Of a stretch of DNA of 64,000 nucleotides, positions 9,703 to 16,277 are shown piece by piece; position 1 is the stretch's first letter, and each line of letters starts with the position of its first letter. The DNA is taken from positions 43,977 to 107,976 of the forward strand of contig QCHB01000005.1 of NCBI GenBank assembly GCA_003278095.1. The letters are read 5' to 3'. The position numbers and the translations under genes are program-made. Source of the DNA: SAR116 cluster bacterium AG-390-L20 (lineage in GTDB: Bacteria > Pseudomonadota > Alphaproteobacteria > Puniceispirillales > Marisalimonadaceae). The notes under the pieces were generated by a model that worked only from the letters and a program-made list of their open reading frames with translations, ran no database searches and was not told the DNA's origin.

Positions 9703-10045
9703 AATTTTATAATTACATTAAGTTAAATTTTAGATTAATGCGATTGAGAAGCAGTTCCATACTCTACTTATGCATCGTGTCCTATCACAATCAAGCTATA
9801 TATTGAGATATGGATACATATGGCATTGTCAATAGGCACCATATGTTTCACACTTTGTTTTACATCTTAATTTAGCGTTCTTAGTATAGAAAAATGGGTC
9901 ACTAAATATGTATAAATATACCTAATTATAATAACACTTCTATGTATCACTTAAGTGTAACACTATAAGTGTAATCCTGCCCCACACGTGTGCCACCCGA
10001 CCCTTGTCGGTATAGTATACATAGGCTTTGCAGCAGATGAAGGTA
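9703..10045. repeat. type-B non-coding module, copy B1 (contains decayed tRNA-Leu 3'-end fragment)
   Basis: 9710-9735 matches 14851-14876 at 25/26. 9862-10040 is roughly 85% identical by eye to 15012-15194. Ends in tatagtatacataggctttgcagcagatgaagg. Confidence 0.75.
9736..9751 (-). repeat. degenerate copy of the tRNA-Leu 3' end
   Basis: taatgcgattgagaag versus tggtgcggctgagaag (12/16), in the same position relative to the conserved flank ttaaattttagat as the exact copy at 14877. Confidence 0.5.
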
Positions 10046-10112
10046 TTTACAATAATTAGACAGTGAAATATTCTACTATTAATCACTTTAACTTTTTAAA
10101 TAGGACACTTTT

Positions 10113-10457
10113 ATGACTTCTTCAAAACTAGTAAATTATACCACAAGAGAATTTATGTCAGACCATGAACTTGAACATTACATAGTTAAACAAAACGAAA
10201 TATTTACACCAAAAGTTGTTGAAGAATTTACGAAAGCTGGAATGTTAAGAAGAGTTTTGACAAAACTTTGGAATAAAGAAGGTGTCCATAGAGTTGGTAT
10301 ATTATTTGAGTATAGAGACGAAAAAGCATATGTTGCATGTCAAAGTCTATTAGAAAAGCATTATATCCCAATGGTAAAAACATTTATTACTAAAGTAATA
10401 GGAAGCCGGGGTATAGTAGTCCATGAATTTAGTTCTGAAGAATTTACGAAGGGATAA
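10113..10457 (+). CDS. hypothetical small protein, family 1 (only plus-strand member)
   Basis: KAGMLRRVLTKLWNKEGVHRVGILFEYRDEKAYVACQ; lies between B1 and A2. Confidence 0.6.
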   Translation: MTSSKLVNYTTREFMSDHELEHYIVKQNEIFTPKVVEEFTKAGMLRRVLTKLWNKEGVHRVGILFEYRDEKAYVACQSLLEKHYIPMVKTFITKVIGSRGIVVHEFSSEEFTKG

Positions 10458-10463
10458 AATAAC

Positions 10464-10580
10464 TAAAGTGTTTACCATTTTAATGACTAATACAGAGTTA
10501 TACAGCAAGGTTAATGTAATCAGATTCAATTAATATCAGCTATAGTTTTAGTGGTTGTGTCAGTCTGAATGAGTCAGGAA
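10464..10580. repeat. type-A structured repeat, copy A2
   Basis: taaagtgtttaccattttaatgactaatacagagtta..cagcaaggttaatgtaatcagattca..cagtctgaatgagtcagga. Arms 10484-10500 and 10561-10576 pair at 12/16. Confidence 0.75.
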
Positions 10581-10594
10581 TTTATAGTCTGATT

Positions 10595-10969
10595 TTATTT
10601 ATTATTTTCATACCACTTATCTAAGTTTATTATTTCATCTTTTGGTTTTAAACTTGACGTAAACCTCTCTACTTCAACAACAAAAAAACTAGCATACTTA
10701 TCTGTTCCCCAACTTTGAACTTGCTTTTCTACATCTTCCTTTGAGTTAGCTAAATAATGAGAACAAAAAAAGGTACTATTGTTTCCAAGCCACGTTTGAG
10801 AGCATGTTGCAAACTCTCCAACTGCATCTTCAGCCCATTTGCCGTGAGTAACACCTTTTGGATACAATTTGTTAAAAGAGGATTTATATTCATCTGACTT
10901 TTTCTCTGACAGAAAGTCATAAATAACAATATAGTTATTCTTTCTATTTTCAGTATTTGTTTTCACCAT
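10595..10969 (-). CDS. hypothetical protein
   Basis: 124-aa ORF between A2 and B2; no motif recognised. Confidence 0.5.
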   Translation of the reverse strand: MVKTNTENRKNNYIVIYDFLSEKKSDEYKSSFNKLYPKGVTHGKWAEDAVGEFATCSQTWLGNNSTFFCSHYLANSKEDVEKQVQSWGTDKYASFFVVEVERFTSSLKPKDEIINLDKWYENNK

Positions 10970-10992
10970 CTACCTATCAATACTTTTGCAAT

Positions 10993-11280
10993 AGCATCAG
11001 TTTATGTGTTCCTAAATCTGTGTCAACAGGCACATAATGGTCTGCCGTTTGGTGTACCCTTAGAAATCTTCTGGTAATGTAAAGAACCTTCAAATTTATA
11101 CACATATAAATATACTCAACTACATACTATCTTCTTCATTAGTCAGTTAATATATTACAATTAATATGTAGTCATTTAGGTGTGCAGTTATATGTATTAT
11201 TTAAGTGACCCTACCCACAGATGGGACATAGGACGGTGTACGTATAGTATACATAGGCTCTGCAACAGATGGAGTGTTAA
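10993..11280. repeat. type-B non-coding module, copy B2 (left end truncated, no tRNA fragment)
   Basis: gcatcagtttatgtgttcctaaatctgtgtcaacaggcacataatggtctgccgtttggtgtaccc and tatagtatacataggctctgcaacagatggagtgttaa match B4; the middle is diverged. Confidence 0.7.
11036..11058. repeat. tandem direct repeat, 12-bp period (aatggtctgcc g tttggtgtacc)
   Basis: Same position within the B module as 14983-15005. Confidence 0.6.
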
Positions 11281-11636
11281 TAATTATAATCTAATAAATT
11301 AAGTGTTCTTGTAGTTAATCTTTTCACAGTGATTTTCTTAAAGAAATTTTCATTCTCTTTAAAATGTTTTTCTATAACTTTTTGTCCCTTAACATAGGCA
11401 TTTTCGTCTTTATATTCAAATAACGTTGACAAAGCAAAACCACCTTCTTTGTTCCATACCTGATTCAATCTAAAGCGCATCAATCCAATTTTTTTCATGC
11501 TTTCATAAAAGTTTGAACCTGTTCTTTCTACATAATTTATAAATAATTCCATTTCGGCTTCACTAGAAAAATCTATTAAAACATGACTAATTAGTTTTGC
11601 TGATGGTATTGAATTTTTATGTTCGTTCATACACAT
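11277..11636 (-). CDS. hypothetical small protein, family 1
   Basis: KKIGLMRFRLNQVWNKEGGFALSTLFEYKDENAYVKGQ; its TAA stop (11277-11279) lies inside the AGTGTTAA box that ends B2. Confidence 0.6.
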   Translation of the reverse strand: MCMNEHKNSIPSAKLISHVLIDFSSEAEMELFINYVERTGSNFYESMKKIGLMRFRLNQVWNKEGGFALSTLFEYKDENAYVKGQKVIEKHFKENENFFKKITVKRLTTRTLNLLDYNY

Positions 11637-11697
11637 AACCTATTTACTAATTTAAAATATTAAAAAATAAAATTATAACTTTGTAGTTACTATATTA

Positions 11698-12000
11698 TTA
11701 TATTCCTTCAACCATAAGTATGTTTGAAGTAGAATTTTCTAATCTTACTTTTTTATAAGGTCTGTATTCTTCACTATCATACCATTTCATAGCTGATTTT
11801 TTGTCAGGAAATTTTACTAATACCATTCTAGTAGGTTTCCATAAATTTGTTTCCAAAGAATCTATCTCTCCACCCCGAATTAAGTATTCACCACCATAGC
11901 TTTCAATCATAGGTTTAACTTTTTCCATATATTTCTGGTATTCTTCTATGTTGTGTATATCCACGTCACCAATCATATAAACTGACATAATCGTCTCCAT
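11698..12000 (-). CDS. DUF1330-like protein
   Basis: SVYMIGDVDIHN..EEYQKYMEKV.P.IESYGGEYLIRGG...MVLVKFPDKKSAMKWYDSEEY matches the DUF1330 pattern as I recall it; the true start may be the ATG at 11985. Confidence 0.65.
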   Translation of the reverse strand: METIMSVYMIGDVDIHNIEEYQKYMEKVKPMIESYGGEYLIRGGEIDSLETNLWKPTRMVLVKFPDKKSAMKWYDSEEYRPYKKVRLENSTSNILMVEGI

Positions 12001-12116
12001 GCTTTCTTTTTCATATTTATATCGCTAATCAAATACCTACAAACAAAATATATAAACTACCAAACAATAAAAAATCAATTATGACAATTTTCATAAAGCT
12101 ATTCATGCTAATAGTT

Positions 12117-12259
12117 TAATCCAAAGAAACACTCCTCGTAAAGTATTAACCAATTTAATGACTAATACAGAGTCATGCAGCAGGGTTAATGTAATCAGAG
12201 TCAAAATGGGTGCATGAGATGTTGTTATAGTGATTGAATGAGTCTGTATGAATCAGGGA
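12117..12259. repeat. type-A structured repeat, copy A3
   Basis: taatccaaagaaacactcctcgtaaagtattaaccaatttaatgactaatacagagtcatgcagcagggttaatgtaatcagagtca...tgagtctgtatgaatcaggga. Arms 12159-12175 and 12239-12255 pair at 14/17. Confidence 0.8.
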
Positions 12260-12357
12260 TGGGTGTGGTAACACTTATATCAAAATTCGTAGAAAGCTAT
12301 TAAATGGAAATCCAACTCTGAGTATTTTATAGGATAGATTACAATTTAAATTTGTAA

Positions 12358-12783
12358 TTATTTGGCGAATACAGTAAGTGGTCCAAGACCTTCAGCTCCA
12401 GCAATTACAGCATACACTATTGTGGGCGTTTTAGCTGTGTTTGTAACAGTGTGAGGTGAATTTGTTGCTTCAACAAACGTATCTCCGGCCTTATAGACTA
12501 CCTTTTTTCCATTAGGACGTTCTGAGGTAACCTCCCCTGACATTATATGCACGATAAGGGGTGCAGGATGAGTATGCTTTGGTAATTTTCCACCCACTGG
12601 AAATATTACCTGAACAATAGTCATTTTTGGAGTACCTTTAGGGTAAGAAATAGCTTCACCTGCACTAGATTTAGAACTTGAATGTAACACTGTTACTTGT
12701 GGTTTTAATTGTTTTGAATTGGCCACATTTGCAAATACTGCTATAGTTAATATAATTATCAATTTTGTAATTAATTTATTCAT
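12358..12783 (-). CDS. secreted cupin-domain protein
   Basis: N-terminal signal-like MNKLITKLIIILTIAVFANVANS; cupin motifs HTHPAPLIVHIMSGEV and GDTFVEATNSPHTVTN. Confidence 0.75.
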   Translation of the reverse strand: MNKLITKLIIILTIAVFANVANSKQLKPQVTVLHSSSKSSAGEAISYPKGTPKMTIVQVIFPVGGKLPKHTHPAPLIVHIMSGEVTSERPNGKKVVYKAGDTFVEATNSPHTVTNTAKTPTIVYAVIAGAEGLGPLTVFAK

Positions 12784-12892
12784 TAGATTTCCCTTTTAAC
12801 TTATTTAAACCAAAAATTTATACTCATTTATAATGATTTGTCTGTAAAGTATTTACATATTTAAAAATATAAGACTGTACAAATAATAAGCA

Positions 12893-12945
12893 TATATGAG
12901 GGTGTAGCTATATATGTATAGTTAGCGTCTGTAGCAGATGGGATT
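12893..12945. repeat. type-B module fragment, copy B3 (3' end only)
   Basis: tatatatgtatagttagcgtctgtagcagatggg aligns with tatatacataggctctgcagcagatgggg of B4. Confidence 0.5.
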
Positions 12946-13006
12946 TTAGAATTGGTATAGTACGTAGATGAATATTATTGTTAGCCCAAGCATAAGTATA
13001 AACTTC

Positions 13007-13360
13007 TTATATACTCCAATCATATTTAAACTCAGAAACCACTATTCCCCTATTATTAAATATTTTGAAAACAAATTTTGCTAAGGTTGGACAATTTTCA
13101 GGTGTGAAAGCAACATTTAAAATATTTTCACATTTTTTAAAAGATGTCTCACTGTCATATTCAAAAACTTGAGTAATTCTATGATGTCCTTTATTCCATA
13201 CTTTAGAAATTACATGACGAATTAAACCATTTTGCTTCAATTGAGAGTAAAGTTTATCTGTCCATATTTCATCAAGAGATTTCAAAAATAAATCTAATTC
13301 ATTTTCAGTTGAAAAATCCATATACAGTGAGTTAAGAAAAGCCGTATCTTTATTTTTCAT
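13007..13360 (-). CDS. hypothetical small protein, family 1
   Basis: KQNGLIRHVISKVWNKGHHRITQVFEYDSETSFKKCE. Confidence 0.6.
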   Translation of the reverse strand: MKNKDTAFLNSLYMDFSTENELDLFLKSLDEIWTDKLYSQLKQNGLIRHVISKVWNKGHHRITQVFEYDSETSFKKCENILNVAFTPENCPTLAKFVFKIFNNRGIVVSEFKYDWSI

Positions 13361-13441
13361 TTATTTCTAAAAACCTTAAAGTTTCATTTTTAAAAAATTA
13401 GTTTTATTTTTTACATATTAATTTTTTATATCTATATATCC

Positions 13442-13581
13442 TAATCCAAACAAACACCCTTCGTGAAGTGTTAACTATTTTAATGACTCTTACAGAGTCA
13501 TATAGCAGGGTTAATGTAATCAGAGTCATTGATATATGAAATATAGTTGAAGTGGCTTTATGAAACTGAGTGAGTCAGGGA
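13442..13581. repeat. type-A structured repeat, copy A4
   Basis: taatccaaacaaacacccttcgtgaagtgttaactattttaatgactcttacagagtcatatagcagggttaatgtaatcagagtca...actgagtgagtcaggga. Contains a perfect 7-bp palindrome, tgactct tac agagtca, at 13484-13500. Confidence 0.8.
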
Positions 13582-13596
13582 TTAATAAAACTATCT

Positions 13597-14742
13597 CTAA
13601 TTAATCTCTTCTACTATTTTAGAAACAACACCTTTTTTGAATAAGTTTCCATATTTATATTTTTCATCAACTGAAAACATAGTTAAGATTGTGTTTTTAG
13701 TAGTATTAATAACATTAAAAAATCCACCATGACCTGTCATAGTTAATGTTGGTACGCCATTTACTTCGTATACCCAAAACTGATATCCGTATCGTACTCC
13801 ATCTCTTTTTGTCTCAACTGCATTTTCAATACCTTCTTTATAAAATTTACCTAAACACGTATTATTAATCATTTCGTCATGTATAAATTGACCAAAGTTT
13901 GACCAATCTAATACACTCATTGTCAACCTAGCTTGGGCAACTGTAATTCCTTTTTTATCTGAAACCCAATGCATGAATTTATTTTGGCTAAATTTTTTAA
14001 AAGCATTTTCATAGAAAATTTGACTTGCTGGTCTGTTTGTTAAATCAGTAATCATAATTGAAAGTGCGAATGGGTCTGATGAAAAATAAAAATGTTTTGA
14101 GCCTTGTTCTCTGTCATTATCCTTTAAAATTGAAATAGCCTTAAACATACTAGCTTTTCCTTCATATTTTCTCAGCCCCATTGCCATTTGGTTCATCTTT
14201 CTTCTTAGCTTATAATCATTTTGTATTGGCGCCACTCCACTATTCATCTGCAGTGTGTTTCTTATAGTTATTTTAGAGTATGGAGTTTGCTTGAGTGAAG
14301 AAGAATATTTACCTAATTCATCATCTAATGATTCAATTTTACCGATGCAAACAAGACTACCAATTGCCGTAGCCAATGCTGTTTTTGCCATAGACATACC
14401 GTGTAATATCGTATTACTATCAATATTTCTTTTTTTATTAAATCTTGCATAAACTAAATCATTATTTTTTCTTATTAACGCAGCTAAATTGTTTTTATCT
14501 TTAAAAATATTGTCATAATTTTCTTTTTTCAAATTGACACTATCAAGATTTTGTTTTTCCCCATAACTATGAATATTTATTTTAAAAGGACCAAACTTTT
14601 TTGTTTCATGAACATTAAAATAGGGCTTTATTTGCCTTTTCCACATTTTTTTAGGCCCATGGTCAGCGTAAGAAATAAAGAAAAATGAAAAATAAATTGT
14701 TATAGATAAAAATAACTTGAACATAAATAGCCTCAAATACAA
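13597..14742 (-). CDS. serine hydrolase, beta-lactamase/transpeptidase-like family, membrane-anchored or secreted
   Basis: 381 aa; hydrophobic N-terminus; S-x-x-K motif SMAK in GMSMAKTALATAIG. Confidence 0.7.
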   Translation of the reverse strand: MYLRLFMFKLFLSITIYFSFFFISYADHGPKKMWKRQIKPYFNVHETKKFGPFKINIHSYGEKQNLDSVNLKKENYDNIFKDKNNLAALIRKNNDLVYARFNKKRNIDSNTILHGMSMAKTALATAIGSLVCIGKIESLDDELGKYSSSLKQTPYSKITIRNTLQMNSGVAPIQNDYKLRRKMNQMAMGLRKYEGKASMFKAISILKDNDREQGSKHFYFSSDPFALSIMITDLTNRPASQIFYENAFKKFSQNKFMHWVSDKKGITVAQARLTMSVLDWSNFGQFIHDEMINNTCLGKFYKEGIENAVETKRDGVRYGYQFWVYEVNGVPTLTMTGHGGFFNVINTTKNTILTMFSVDEKYKYGNLFKKGVVSKIVEEIN

Positions 14743-14876
14743 TTAATTAATATGTTAATAATAAACATATTAATTAATTTTAAAACAAAAAAATAAGCAC
14801 CAAATTTTTCAATCTATTTCACAGTGTTAATTTAAAAAAATAAAATTTAATAATTACAGTAAGTTAAATTTTAGAT

Positions 14877-14893
14877 TGGTGCGGCTGAGAAGA
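14877..14893 (-). repeat. exact 17-bp duplicate of the tRNA-Leu(GAG) 3' end (candidate att core)
   Basis: tggtgcggctgagaaga is identical to 16101-16117 (3' strand of the T stem, acceptor 3' strand and ACCA). Confidence 0.85.
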
Positions 14894-14982
14894 TTTAAGT
14901 TAATCTAAGATGCACCACTTGAGGTTGTATACAAGCTCTATGCTCAGTTTATGTATTACCGAATCCGTGTCAACAGGCACAT

Positions 14983-15005
14983 TTTGGTCTACCGTTTGGT
15001 CTACC
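14983..15005. repeat. tandem direct repeat TTTGGTCTACC g TTTGGTCTACC
   Basis: Perfect 11-mer twice with a 12-bp period, about 90 bp from the 14877 core copy. Confidence 0.8.
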
Positions 15006-15201
15006 CTAAATGTTACATCTTAATTTAGCGTTCTTAGTATAGAGAACATAGAAATGGATATGTGTAAATATACCTAAACTATAATAACATTTATATGTAT
15101 CATTTAAGTGTAACACTATAAGTGTAATCCTACCCCACAAGTGAGCCACCCCACCCTTGTACGGATATATACATAGGCTCTGCAGCAGATGGGGTATAAA
15201 T

Positions 15202-15316
15202 AGTGTTAACCATTTTAATGTGTCATAGAGGTTCAAGCAGTAGGGTCTATTTAATCAGAGCCAATGGTACATTGGATGTGTTTATAGTAGTTGTTTGAGT
15301 CTATGTGAATTAAAGA
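15202..15316. repeat. type-A structured repeat, copy A5 (fused to B4)
   Basis: agtgttaaccattttaatgtgtcatagaggttcaagcagtagggtctatttaatcagagcca...tgagtctatgtgaatta. The stem cataga/tctatg shows two compensatory changes relative to tacaga/tctgta of A3. Confidence 0.7.
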
Positions 15317-15507
15317 TGGAGAGTTAAAGTTTACTACCACTAACTTTTATTAATTAATTTAATTTGTTTTTCATTCATATTTTTTAACTGATTTGGTAAA
15401 GTTATTTCATCAGTCCATAAAAGCTTAATATTCAAGCCAACATTAACATATTATAATGATACGTAATCTAGGCTTCTTATAAATATTCAACCTATAAATA
15501 TTAAACC

Positions 15508-15864
15508 TTAAGCATTAACCTTCTTTTTAGATTTCCAAATTAAAAAAACTAGAGATAAAACTTGAGCTGCAAGTAAAAACCACACAAGTCCTGCTATTGA
15601 ATTTTCATCTGCATTTTCAGCACTTGCTGCAACCCATAAAAGAGGAGAAAGGAAAAACAAGCTTAAAAAATTGACTCCAATTGCTATATACCCTAAAAGC
15701 GCACTTTTTCCATAAGATAATGCAGCAAGAATTGCAGAAACTACAGTAAGGTAAACACCGATAACTGGAATAAAAATGGATATCCCGGCTAGAACAATAG
15801 ATAATATACCCATTACTTTACCACGAGAACCTTCTTGTGAAACAACTTCATTAGATTCATTCAT
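15508..15864 (-). CDS. hypothetical small membrane protein
   Basis: 118 aa, 3-4 predicted hydrophobic helices, lysine-rich C-terminus; only ORF inside the mini-element. Confidence 0.55.
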   Translation of the reverse strand: MNESNEVVSQEGSRGKVMGILSIVLAGISIFIPVIGVYLTVVSAILAALSYGKSALLGYIAIGVNFLSLFFLSPLLWVAASAENADENSIAGLVWFLLAAQVLSLVFLIWKSKKKVNA

Positions 15865-16012
15865 AATTTTTTCCTTTAGTTCAATTATAAAATTAAATAA
15901 TTAATTTACATAAAAATAAGTCTATTTAAATGTACTTAAAAAATTTAAATAGTCAATTTTTAAAATTAAAAGTAATTTTATAATCAAATATGGAATGTGA
16001 AGGGAACATTTA

Positions 16013-16035
16013 AATGGTCTACTATTTGGTCTACC
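16013..16035. repeat. tandem direct repeat aatggtctact a tttggtctacc
   Basis: Same motif, orientation and 12-bp period as 14983-15005; lies 65 bp from the tRNA 3' end. Confidence 0.75.
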
Positions 16036-16100
16036 CTCCAAGGACACATTACAAAATATGCTTACACATCAACTACTTAGGATGACTGAATCACTTGAAA

Positions 16101-16187
16101 TGGTGCGGCTGAGAAGACTCGAACTTCCACGGGTTTTACCCCACAGCGACCTCAACGCTGCGCGTCTACCAGTTCCGCCACAGCCGC
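16101..16187 (-). tRNA. tRNA-Leu (anticodon GAG), CCA encoded
   Basis: Reverse complement is GCGGCTGTGGCGGAACTGGTAGACGCGCAGCGTTGAGGTCGCTGTGGGGTAAAACCCGTGGAAGTTCGAGTCTTCTCAGCCGCACCA. Features: 7-bp acceptor stem, anticodon loop TTGAGGT, long variable arm. Confidence 0.9.
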
Positions 16188-16277
16188 ATATAAAAAGTCA
16201 TGTTTGCGATAACAAAACAATTTGTATAATGCAAGTTAAATAATATATTAGCAAATGATAGGATTAGGGTTATTAAA

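Larger units (their letters stand above)
14843..15200. repeat. type-B non-coding module, copy B4 (most complete)
   Basis: Contains the exact tRNA 3'-end copy, the tandem TTTGGTCTACC repeat, a GC-rich core ccccacaagtgagccaccccacccttgtacgg, and the end box tatatacataggctctgcagcagatgggg. Directly fused to A5. Confidence 0.8.
8026..16100. other. cassette-like accessory island abutting the 3' end of tRNA-Leu(GAG)
   Basis: 13 small ORFs (12 on the minus strand) separated by alternating type-A and type-B non-coding repeats; tRNA 3'-end fragments inside; no recombinase gene. Confidence 0.7.
14877..16117 (-). mobile_element. candidate integrase-less, att-flanked mini-element (about 1.24 kb)
   Basis: Bracketed by 17-bp exact direct repeats, one being the genuine tRNA 3' end. 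Carries the same tandem 12-bp-period repeat near both ends, one 118-aa membrane ORF, and the B4+A5 modules. Confidence 0.45.

Noticed and set aside
15006-15236. 76-aa ORF on the minus strand
   Set aside because: It lies entirely inside repeat module B4/A5. The equivalent frames in B1 and B2 are broken, so repeat conservation is at the nucleotide level, not the protein level.
9113-15316. CRISPR array
   Set aside because: The repeats are 115-360 bp, imperfect, and separated by 0.4-1.3 kb of coding DNA. No short regular repeat-spacer periodicity or cas genes occur anywhere in the window.
9113-15316. Type-A repeats as simple Rho-independent terminators
   Set aside because: The hairpins are not followed by T-runs on either strand. 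The elements are far longer and more conserved than a terminator requires.
8026-16100. Canonical integron or CALIN cassette array
   Set aside because: ORF-plus-hairpin-repeat architecture is reminiscent, but no intI or attI is present. The paired arms of the type-A repeats do not carry RYYYAAC/GTTRRRY boxes; a single GTTAGAC at about 9243-9249 and the GTTAAC boxes lie outside the stems. A second repeat class (B), with tRNA fragments, alternates with A. I report it as non-canonical rather than as an integron.
4000-16100. Prophage, IS element or transposon explaining the island
   Set aside because: No integrase, transposase, terminase, capsid or other mobility gene can be read in any frame. 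No terminal inverted repeats of IS type were seen.
16058-16243. 61-aa ORF on the plus strand
   Set aside because: It runs antisense straight through tRNA-Leu(GAG), so it is an artefact of the GC-rich tRNA sequence.
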